Positions 1 to 7,525 of a stretch of 20,020 nt of DNA are shown piece after piece. The position numbers were made by a program, and so were the translations under genes. Positions within the stretch are counted from its first letter, which is position 1. Every line of letters begins with the position of its first letter. Where the stretch lies: the NCBI GenBank assembly GCA_031367385.1, contig JANLPS010000517.1:1-20020 (forward strand), read 5' to 3'. The notes beneath the pieces were generated by a model. It made no database searches and had not been told where the DNA came from. It worked only from the letters and a program-made list of their open reading frames with translations. This DNA is from Archangium sp. (GTDB taxonomy: Bacteria; Myxococcota; Myxococcia; Myxococcales; Myxococcaceae).

Positions 1-96
1 CCAGCGCTGACGGTTTGGGCGAAGAACCGCCTGCGAGCCACCGAGTGGTCCCCTGGATCTCGGTGATGCCGGTGGAAGTGGATCACCTCGGCGTCG

Positions 97-573
97 GTGG
101 CGACATTGCTGGGCGCTGCCAACCGCATCTTGCAGAACGCCGTGGGGTACGCGCGCATCGCGGCCGCCAACAACAGCGCTCCCGGAGTGCCCAATAACGC
201 CGAGGGCCGCCACGCCCCCGCGTGCATGGGCTGCCACTACGAAGGCCCCTACGCGCTCGACCCCTTGGCCCGGGTGCTGCCTCGCAAGCACGTCGACGCG
301 AACGGTGGAGTCACCTTTCTGCCTGCTCCAGGGACGCCTGAGAAGATGCTCAACACCACCATCTCGTCGCAGCGGCAGCTCATCGAGACTTTGGTCGACT
401 CAGAGGCCTTTCGCTTCGCCAGCTGCCGGTTGGCCTTCAAGTTCGTCTACGGCCGCGAGGAGTACGCCTGCGAAGCGCCGCTCTTCGATCGCTGCGTCGA
501 CGTGTTCACCGAGACCGGCATGATGCAAGACGCGGTCAAGACGTTGGTGACCGACCCGGGGTTTTGCTGGTGA
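97..573 (+). CDS. C-terminal part of a CxxCH-containing protein (DUF1588/DUF1585-like partner of DUF1501 operons), probably 5'-truncated or frameshifted
   Basis: Contains the CMGCH motif and a Cys-rich helical C-terminus (FASCRLAFKFVYGR...LVTDPGFC). Its stop overlaps the next start (GTGA 570-573). The frame is closed upstream by TGA at 64-66 and no signal peptide is visible. Confidence 0.6.
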   Translation: MATLLGAANRILQNAVGYARIAAANNSAPGVPNNAEGRHAPACMGCHYEGPYALDPLARVLPRKHVDANGGVTFLPAPGTPEKMLNTTISSQRQLIETLVDSEAFRFASCRLAFKFVYGREEYACEAPLFDRCVDVFTETGMMQDAVKTLVTDPGFCW

Positions 574-1253
574 GCCCCCTGCGCGCCACACTCGGGCTGT
601 TGCTCTGCGCCTGCAGCGGCACGATTATGAGCCCGTCGCCGTCGGTGCCCGGAGAGCTCGCGGGCCCCGGCTCCGACCCCTCGCTCGACACGCCGATCAT
701 TCACTTGCCCGCGGCGGTGGCGTGCAATGGCGCCTCGGTAGGCCGCAGCTACCACGGGTTCGCGGGAGAAACCCTCGACGCCAACCGCCTGCCCCTCGGA
801 GGTGGGCAAGATCTCGCGCGGGTTCGCGATGGGTCAGATCTCGGTACGCAGTTCGGCGGCCGCAGCCTCGATCTCGCCAACGTGACCCGCAGCGACGCGC
901 AAGCCTTCGGCGTGGCTCCGTCGAATTGGTACGAGCCCGCGGAGGCCAGCTTCGCCACGGCCTACCGCGTGTACGCACTGGGCTTCGAGGGCTGCCTCAA
1001 AAAGCTCAAGAACCCTGCCAACTACCACCCCTTCGGCCACGCTGATTTCGCAAGCGCTCCGACGACGGAGTCGGCGACGAGGCAGTGTCAGAAGATGGGG
1101 CAGATCATGTGGTGGCGAGACATGACCCCCGAAGAGCTCGCGCCGTGCGTCGAATACGCCGAGGAGGTGCGCTCCCTCGAGCCCGTACCCCAGCGCCAAT
1201 GGGCCTACGTCTGCGCCGCGGTCGCCGGGTCGGCAGGCTTTCTCGTGTACTGA
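570..1253 (+). CDS. Cys-rich putative lipoprotein, hypothetical
   Basis: GTG at 570 overlaps the upstream TGA. N-terminus MSPLRATLGLLLCAC is lipobox-like and is followed by a Pro/Ser linker. C-terminus WAYVCAAVAGSAGFLVY resembles proteins encoded next to DUF1501 genes. Confidence 0.7.
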   Translation: MSPLRATLGLLLCACSGTIMSPSPSVPGELAGPGSDPSLDTPIIHLPAAVACNGASVGRSYHGFAGETLDANRLPLGGGQDLARVRDGSDLGTQFGGRSLDLANVTRSDAQAFGVAPSNWYEPAEASFATAYRVYALGFEGCLKKLKNPANYHPFGHADFASAPTTESATRQCQKMGQIMWWRDMTPEELAPCVEYAEEVRSLEPVPQRQWAYVCAAVAGSAGFLVY

Positions 1254-1268
1254 AAACAAAGAGCCATC

Positions 1269-2465
1269 ATGCGACTGAGCCGAAGACAGATAATGCGGAG
1301 TGCCCTTGGGCTCGCGGGAGCGTCGCTGGTGCCGGGTGCCGCGCTCGCCGCGCCGGCCGACAAGACCACCGTGGTGGTCGTCAACTTGCCAGGCGGGCTG
1401 CACTCGCTCTACGCCCAAGCCGACAGCTTCGTATCGAAGGGGTGGTACGGCTGCACGGGGTCGAACACCCTCGACGTCGGCAACGGAGTCGTCGTCGACT
1501 CCTCGACGTTCGGTACGCTGGGCGCGGCGACCCTCTCGCGCATGTGCAACCTCGGGGTCTGGCACGGCATCACCGCCCACGACCTCGCACAGACCTCGCT
1601 GATGGTCGACCCGACCGGTCAGAGCTACCCGCTGCAGTTGGCGCGGGCCATGGGTAGCGGCGCGGCGGTGGCGTGCGCCAACCTCAGTGACACCTTGGCG
1701 GGCCGGCACAAGCCGATCGGCACGACCAACATCTCCAAGCTGGCTGACTCGGGAGCGGTGCTGGCGGCGTTGGGGGTCAGCCCGAGCGATGAATTCACGC
1801 CAGATCGCGCGGGGGCGATGGCTGGGCTGAAGGCCTCGCTGCGCATGTCGGCGCCCCTGCTCGCCAAGAACCAACGCTCGCTCGAGTCGGTGCAGGGCGG
1901 TCTGAACGGCGTCATTCGCGCGCTCAACAGCCCTCCGGTGGCGATTGACTGGCCAGCCGTCGCGGCGGCGTACGGGTTGAGTCCCGGCGATACGTTGCTC
2001 GGTGGGTTCGCGACCCAGTTCGCGGCCGCCGAGCTGTTGGTGCAGGCGGGCACCAATGTGGTGTTGGTCGGCGGCGGAGGCCCCTCATGCAGCTTGGGGT
2101 GGGACACGCACAGCGACAACAGCGGCGAGTGTGCCCGCTCGGGCATGGTCGACATCGTGCTTGGCCCGTTACGCACGTTCTTGTCACGCACCCTGGCAAT
2201 GCCCGGGCACAACGTGATCACCGTCATCACCGGAGACTTCACCCGCGCCTACGGGTCCGAACACGCGGGCAACCTGGTGGCGAGTGTGTGGGGGCCGAAG
2301 CTTCGAGGCGGTACCAGCGGCGCGTTCACGCCGACGGGCGCCTACAGCAGCTACGTGCCGGTGAATGGGCAGACGCCGGGCATCAAACAGATGTGGTCAT
2401 TTCTGGCGGCCGCAGCCGGGGCCGAGAGCAACCCCTTCGGCGAGAACCCACACCCCTTCGTGTGA
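1269..2465 (+). CDS. Tat-exported DUF1501-like protein
   Basis: Twin-arginine signal LSRRQIM...ALAA. Family-like motifs VVVNLPGG, GWDTH, ITGDFTR and a late EH. Confidence 0.75.
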   Translation: MRLSRRQIMRSALGLAGASLVPGAALAAPADKTTVVVVNLPGGLHSLYAQADSFVSKGWYGCTGSNTLDVGNGVVVDSSTFGTLGAATLSRMCNLGVWHGITAHDLAQTSLMVDPTGQSYPLQLARAMGSGAAVACANLSDTLAGRHKPIGTTNISKLADSGAVLAALGVSPSDEFTPDRAGAMAGLKASLRMSAPLLAKNQRSLESVQGGLNGVIRALNSPPVAIDWPAVAAAYGLSPGDTLLGGFATQFAAAELLVQAGTNVVLVGGGGPSCSLGWDTHSDNSGECARSGMVDIVLGPLRTFLSRTLAMPGHNVITVITGDFTRAYGSEHAGNLVASVWGPKLRGGTSGAFTPTGAYSSYVPVNGQTPGIKQMWSFLAAAAGAESNPFGENPHPFV

Positions 2466-2466
2466 G

Positions 2467-2991
2467 CTACGAGCTGGGGCGGCGATTGCCTTTGGGGACT
2501 GTGTCGCTCGTGTACATGCCGGGTCTGGTCGCCGCTGACTTCGCCCAGCCCTCCTTGTTCGCGAAGGTCTTGAAATCGACCGGCGAAACATGCTCGAGCG
2601 CAGACCCGGTCTTGAGCTCGTAGGCGCCAGCGGCGAGCGACAACAGCGCCTCGAAGTCTGCGTCTTTCTGCATCTCGGTCGGTTGGCTCACCACGCTGTC
2701 GTAGTGCGCGATGCATCCTCCGACGGCGAAGCAGCGGGCATACAGAAAGGCATCGGCCGACAAGTACTGGTCACCATCGTCGGGGTCGAAGTCTGAAAAG
2801 GCCTGCCGGGCGTGCTCACGCGTGTCGATGGCGTGCAGTTTTTCTGCGAGCACATCTGCGAACTCGCAGATGTCGGCTAGTGATCTCGCCGCGAGCGCCT
2901 TCAATGCGGGCTTGAGCACCGCCTCATCGTCGCCAGCCTTCTTCCAATTCAGCTTGGCGATGATCTGCCAGAACTTCTCTTCACAGGTCAT
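2467..2991 (-). CDS. DUF4240 domain protein
   Basis: EEKFWQII N-terminus, LSADAFLYARC and FEALLSLA..AYE motifs match DUF4240 as I recall it. ATG at 2991 has GAGG upstream and is preferred over the start at 3048. Confidence 0.75.
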   Translation of the reverse strand: MTCEEKFWQIIAKLNWKKAGDDEAVLKPALKALAARSLADICEFADVLAEKLHAIDTREHARQAFSDFDPDDGDQYLSADAFLYARCFAVGGCIAHYDSVVSQPTEMQKDADFEALLSLAAGAYELKTGSALEHVSPVDFKTFANKEGWAKSAATRPGMYTSDTVPKGNRRPSS

Positions 2992-3054
2992 CACGCGCCT
3001 CGAAGGGGGGAAAGGTTGGACTGAGGGGCAGTGATACCTTGGTTTCACCTGCGT

Positions 3055-3320
3055 CGATCGGGCCCGATTCGGTGTTTCGGCGACTTCGAAATGGTCGAAT
3101 GTGCAATTTGGCCGGTGCTGAAGGCTTAAGTCGGTCTCAAACGGGGGTCATGACCATTTCGAAATGGTCGTGGGTACGCGTTGGCACGGCGCTTCATCGT
3201 TAAGTCGGTCTCAATAGGTGGGCACGGCCATTTCGAAATGATCGCGGAGCCAGTTGGCACGGCGCTTCATCGTCAAGTCGGTCACAAACGCTGGTCACAA
3301 CCATTTCGAAATTTCGAAAA
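3055..3320. repeat. Non-coding tandem array of about 4 imperfect 73-74 bp units, each with a palindromic (CCAT)TTCGAA(ATGG) core
   Basis: TTCGAA cores at 3085, 3158, 3232 and 3305 (spacing 73/74/73). T(T/C)AAGTCGGTC(T/A)CAA blocks at 3126, 3200 and 3273. Segments 3180-3214 and 3253-3287 match at 33 of 35 nt. Perfect 18-bp palindrome GACCATTTCGAAATGGTC at 3152-3169. Confidence 0.9.
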
Positions 3321-3463
3321 CGCGATTTCGAGCTCGAGTCCACGACGGGAGACTGCTCGATTTACGCGTCGTTCGGTATTCCGAGCGCTTACGTTGGCCT
3401 GACAGTTGAACAGAGGGTTCTCCACGAAGCGCAATCCTGCGCGATGCAAAATGGGAGTGCCCG

Positions 3464-4177
3464 ATGGCTGTTTTTCCGAAGACGTTTTTTTCGAAGTTGA
3501 CCTACGAGACGGTGATGCGGCTGTGCAACGACGAGTCGTCAGCCGTCAGTCGCATCGCGACCGAAGATGGAAAACCGCTCATGCACCGGCTCGACGCCAA
3601 GCAAGCCGATGCACTCGCCTTCGGCGCGAGAATGGAGAACGCGTTCGAGAAACGGGCGGAGGCGGGGGCCGCGCTTGACGTTTCTACTCGGAGGTTCGGC
3701 GGCGCAGTGAAGATGGCGCTCGCTTTGGGAAGAGCACTGGACCTTCTGAACTTCGACACCAAGTTCAAGAATGCCCTGTCTTCAATGGCCGAATCACTCA
3801 GCCCGCGCCTCGCGGAGCTCACCGAGCCGCCCGCCAAAGAGGTCAAACACTTCTTGGACACCACGGCCAAGGCCTATCGCCACGACACGGTGAAGTTCGC
3901 TGAGGCGTGCGAAATGGTGAAAGTGCTCGACGCGGAGTGGTTCGCCCTGTCGAAGGCGCTCACTCGATTGGTCCGCATGGCCAAGGTGCTCCAGGCGGCC
4001 GACGGCCTGAAGGTGAGTCGCCGAAAGCGAAAATCGAAGGTGGTCGCCACGACGCCGGATCCGGTGGTGACTCCGGAGACCCCGGTCGCGGCGATACTCG
4101 TGCTGATACCGACGCCGGCGGCCCCGGTTGCGCCGAATGCCGTGGGGGCGCCTGACCCCGTTGACGTGACGGGGTAG
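3464..4177 (+). CDS. Hypothetical, mostly alpha-helical protein with basic RRKRKSK patch and Pro/Thr/Val-rich tail
   Basis: 237-aa ORF with GGGAG just upstream of the ATG. Ala/Leu/Lys/Glu-rich. No family recognised. Confidence 0.7.
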   Translation: MAVFPKTFFSKLTYETVMRLCNDESSAVSRIATEDGKPLMHRLDAKQADALAFGARMENAFEKRAEAGAALDVSTRRFGGAVKMALALGRALDLLNFDTKFKNALSSMAESLSPRLAELTEPPAKEVKHFLDTTAKAYRHDTVKFAEACEMVKVLDAEWFALSKALTRLVRMAKVLQAADGLKVSRRKRKSKVVATTPDPVVTPETPVAAILVLIPTPAAPVAPNAVGAPDPVDVTG

Positions 4178-4258
4178 TGGCCGGGTCGTTCGACTTCGCT
4201 GGAGGACGAACGGAGAAAGCAGACTAGAGTTCGCCCCCTCGACTGGTTGAAGGGGCGA

Positions 4259-4801
4259 ATGGGCGAACTGACTTCGGTTGAAATCACGGGCGACCCGACG
4301 ATGCCGGCTGACCTGTGCTGCAATTGTGGGCGCAGTGACGACCTGGTTCACCCCACCGTCAGCCTTCGCCTGACCCGGTTCATGCTGATCGGGGGCCCGG
4401 AGTGGAGCTTGCCGGTGACGCTCCCGTTCTGTTCTGCATGTAGCGAGACCGCGCAACGGCCGGCCCCGAGTCGCGCCACCTACGTCTGGGCATGGCTGCT
4501 GTGGACGTGGCTGGTCTTCATGGCCTGCCTTCTCGCCGCGATGTGGGCCGAGAAACGCGTGACGCTCTTCATCACGCCCGCGCTCGCTGCGGCCGGAGTG
4601 ATCGCCGCTGCCGCCCTGTTCGCGTTCTACTCAGGGCGGAAGCCCAAGGCCGGCCAGTCGAGCTACTACCAACCGGTGCGCCTGCTGCACCTGCGGCAAA
4701 AGCTGCTCGGGCAGACCACTGGCATGGTGCTCGGGTTCACCAACGCCGCGTTCGCCACCCGCTTCGTGAGTCTCAATGACGGAGTGCCGCCACCCGGGTA
4801 A
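4259..4801 (+). CDS. Hypothetical membrane protein with two CxxC pairs (possible zinc ribbon) and two TM helices
   Basis: CCNC and PFCSAC motifs, then hydrophobic segments (YVWAWLLWTWLVFMACLLAAMW and FITPALAAAGVIAAAALFAFY). ATG at 4259 follows AAGGGG. Confidence 0.7.
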   Translation: MGELTSVEITGDPTMPADLCCNCGRSDDLVHPTVSLRLTRFMLIGGPEWSLPVTLPFCSACSETAQRPAPSRATYVWAWLLWTWLVFMACLLAAMWAEKRVTLFITPALAAAGVIAAAALFAFYSGRKPKAGQSSYYQPVRLLHLRQKLLGQTTGMVLGFTNAAFATRFVSLNDGVPPPG

Positions 4802-4867
4802 CTCCGGGGGGTCGTTGAGCTCAGTGCACAACCGGCAACCGCCAACCGCCACGGCCGATAATCCTGC

Positions 4868-5347
4868 ATGGTCGTAAAACGCACAACACAGGCGGTCGTC
4901 TCTCAGGCTTCGAGAAACTCCTTTGACGCACGTCGAACGGTGACGCTCGCCAAGGCCTCGCTGGCCACGGTCACGCAAGCGCTCAAGCCGCGGCAGGTGA
5001 CCGAATCACCCTGGGGCGCGTTCTTGTCTCCGGTCGAGGGTGCCGAGGTGTTGGGCATCGCGAAAAATTCGATTCAAAGCGTGCTCGACAGCGTGCCTGA
5101 AGGGCAGCGCGTACCGCCCAAAGCGCTCGAGGCGATTGAAGCGACGTTCGCGTTGCTCAAGTCGAACCTGCCGACCAACAGCAAGACGGGCGAGGTCGAG
5201 CCGCGCTTGTGCGAATTGGTCATGACGCTGATCTCGCCTGACAAAGATGGCCGCCGAGTGCGGGTCGACCCCGACGTGCAGAACGCTGAGAACCGTTCGA
5301 CCTACCTGGAGCTGAAGAATACGATCGCGGCGCTGCGCCGACGCTAG
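4868..5347 (+). CDS. Hypothetical protein
   Basis: 159-aa ORF filling the gap and converging on the next gene. GATAAT lies 5 nt before the ATG, suggesting a possible leaderless transcript. Confidence 0.6.
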   Translation: MVVKRTTQAVVSQASRNSFDARRTVTLAKASLATVTQALKPRQVTESPWGAFLSPVEGAEVLGIAKNSIQSVLDSVPEGQRVPPKALEAIEATFALLKSNLPTNSKTGEVEPRLCELVMTLISPDKDGRRVRVDPDVQNAENRSTYLELKNTIAALRRR

Positions 5348-5349
5348 CG

Positions 5350-6459
5350 TCAGCCCCGGCGGGCTCGAGGCGCGAAGCCCAGCTCAGCGAGAATCTCATC
5401 GGTGTGCTGGCCCTCACCTGGGGGCGGCCGAGTCACCACCGCGGGAGTCACGCTCAACCGAGGCGCTGGGGCCGGCTGAGCGACGCCGTTGATCTCGGTG
5501 AAGGTGCCGCGTGCAGCATTGTGCGGGTGGAGCGGAGCGTCGGCCCACGTCAACACCGGCGCGTAACAGGCATCGAGCGGAGCGAAGATCGCGTCCCACT
5601 CCGCGCGGGTCTTGGTCTTGAACCGTCGCGCGAATTCGAGCTTGAAGGCGGGCCAATTCGCCGGGCTCACATAGTCTTGGTACGCCGGGTCGGTGATCGC
5701 GAGCGCGCTGAGCAGATCTGTATAGAAATGCGGCTCGATCGCCCCGACGCTGACGAAGAGGCCGTCTTTGGTCTCGTACAGGTTGTAAAAGTGGGCACCG
5801 CCATCGAGAAAATTCTCTTCTCGCCCCATGCGCCATTGGCCCATCGCACGCAGCCCAGAGAAGATCGTCGCGAGTGAAGCCACCCCATCGACCATGGCGG
5901 CGTCGACGACTTGTCCTTGGCCACCGCGCTGTACGTTGAGCAACGCGGTGAGTATGCCGAAGGCGAGAAACATCGCGCCGCCGCCGAAGTCAGCGACCAG
6001 GTTCAAGGGGATGATCGGGCGCTCTTTGAGACCGATGTGGCCGAGCGTGCCCGAGACAGCGAGGTAGTTGATGTCGTGCCCCGCGACCTTCGCGAGGGGG
6101 CCGGTCTGACCGAAGCCGGTCATGCGGCCGTACACGAGCTTTGGTTTTCGCTCGAGGCAGACGTCGGGGCCGAAGCCGAGGCGCTCCATCACGCCGGGGC
6201 GCATGCCTTCGAAGAGTACGTCGGCAGAATCGATCAGCTTCCACAGCACTTCGCGGTCTTCAGCGCTCTTCAAGTCGAGCGCGATGCTACGCTTGCCGCG
6301 GGCGATCACGTCGAGAGACGGGTCGAGCAGCGTCAGTGCCGGCACCGGGCGGTCAACGCGAATCACCTCGGCGCCGAAGTCGGCGAGCAACATGCCGCAG
6401 TAGGGCCCCGGCCCAAGCCCGGCCATCTCGATGATGCGAATGCCTTCAAGTGGTCTCAT
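5350..6459 (-). CDS. CaiB/BaiF family III CoA-transferase / alpha-methylacyl-CoA racemase-like
   Basis: Motifs PLEGIRIIEMAGLGPGP, LADFGAEVIRVD, RGKRSIALDLK, RPGVMERLG, GHDINY, NLVADFGGG and PAPAPR. Confidence 0.93.
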   Translation of the reverse strand: MRPLEGIRIIEMAGLGPGPYCGMLLADFGAEVIRVDRPVPALTLLDPSLDVIARGKRSIALDLKSAEDREVLWKLIDSADVLFEGMRPGVMERLGFGPDVCLERKPKLVYGRMTGFGQTGPLAKVAGHDINYLAVSGTLGHIGLKERPIIPLNLVADFGGGAMFLAFGILTALLNVQRGGQGQVVDAAMVDGVASLATIFSGLRAMGQWRMGREENFLDGGAHFYNLYETKDGLFVSVGAIEPHFYTDLLSALAITDPAYQDYVSPANWPAFKLEFARRFKTKTRAEWDAIFAPLDACYAPVLTWADAPLHPHNAARGTFTEINGVAQPAPAPRLSVTPAVVTRPPPGEGQHTDEILAELGFAPRARRG

Positions 6460-6472
6460 TGCGAGCTTTCGT

Positions 6473-7525
6473 TCAGATGGGGCCGCCGCCGATGACGGCG
6501 ACTCCAGCCTGGGCCATGCCGCGCACTGCTTCGGGCATGATCAGGTAGCGCTGCTCGGTGGTCTTGCCGAGAACGAGGCGCTGATACAGCTGCTGCAGCG
6601 AGATCAACATGCGAAACAAGCCGAGCACGTAGTACCAATTCAAGTGCGTGAGATCGCGGCCGGTCTTTTCGGCGTACCGCGCGGCGAATTGCGAACGGGT
6701 CAGGTTTCCAGGCAAGTGAGTCGGCCCGAAGCGTGCGGCCTGAAGCCTGGGCGGGTCACCAGCCTCCTGCCACAGCGCGAGCGCGGCGCCGAGATCGACG
6801 AGCGGGTCTCCGATGGTGGCCATCTCCCAGTCGAGCACGCAGACGACGCGCTCGAGCTGGCGGTCGATCAGCACGTTGTCGTACTTGAAGTCGTTGTGGA
6901 GCATCGTCGGTGCCTGCGCGGCGGGGACGTTCGCTGCAAGCCACGCCGCCATCGCGTCGATGTCGGGCAACTCTTCGGTTTTGGCCTTGTGGTACCGCTC
7001 CGACCACCCCGCGACCTGGCGTTCGAGAAACCCATCGGCTTTGCCGAGGGCACCCAGGCCCGCTTTGACGTAGTCGACGGCGTGATACTCGACGAGCGTG
7101 TCGACGAGGCTCTCGGACAGCCGCTTCATCACGTCGGGCCCCAGGCCCGCGGAGTCACGGCGAAGCACGACGCCGTCCACGCGCTCCATCAAGTAAAAGG
7201 GCGCGCCGATGACGGTGGTGTCGTCGCAGAACGCGATTGGCCGTGGAGACTTCGACCACATCGGCGCGAGACCGACCAACGCCTTGTACTCGCGGCTCAT
7301 GTCATGAGCGCCTTTGATGACGACTCCGGCGGGGCCCCGGCGCATCACCAGCTCGCGGCCGCCAATGGTGAGCAGGTAGGTGAAGTTCGAATACCCACCA
7401 CCGAACTCACGCACCTCGAGGGGCCCGGCCACGTGCAGGGTCTGCTCCACGTACTTCTCGAGGGCCACGCGGTCGAAGCCGTGGCCTTCGATGACTGCCG
7501 TCGCCTCATTGCCGATGGCGATCAC
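6473..7525 (-). CDS. APH-family phosphotransferase (ACAD10/11 kinase domain or LvaA-like)
   Basis: Motifs FGGGYSNFTY, AHDMSREY, GAPFYLME, HNDFKYDN (catalytic loop) and LDWEMATIGDP. Confidence 0.9.
   Translation of the reverse strand: MIAIGNEATAVIEGHGFDRVALEKYVEQTLHVAGPLEVREFGGGYSNFTYLLTIGGRELVMRRGPAGVVIKGAHDMSREYKALVGLAPMWSKSPRPIAFCDDTTVIGAPFYLMERVDGVVLRRDSAGLGPDVMKRLSESLVDTLVEYHAVDYVKAGLGALGKADGFLERQVAGWSERYHKAKTEELPDIDAMAAWLAANVPAAQAPTMLHNDFKYDNVLIDRQLERVVCVLDWEMATIGDPLVDLGAALALWQEAGDPPRLQAARFGPTHLPGNLTRSQFAARYAEKTGRDLTHLNWYYVLGLFRMLISLQQLYQRLVLGKTTEQRYLIMPEAVRGMAQAGVAVIGGGPI

Noticed and set aside
3106..3320. Canonical CRISPR array
   Set aside because: Lengths fit, but the would-be spacers share a conserved palindromic core, the repeats are degenerate, and no cas genes are visible. 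Kept as an unexplained tandem array.
3181..3678. ORFs 3181-3402 and 3406-3678
   Set aside because: The first runs across a repeat whose period is not a multiple of 3. The second overlaps the better-supported 3464 ORF out of frame.
6473..7525. Aminoglycoside resistance gene
   Set aside because: APH fold, but the motifs and coupling to an ACAD indicate the metabolic ACAD10/LvaA-type kinase.
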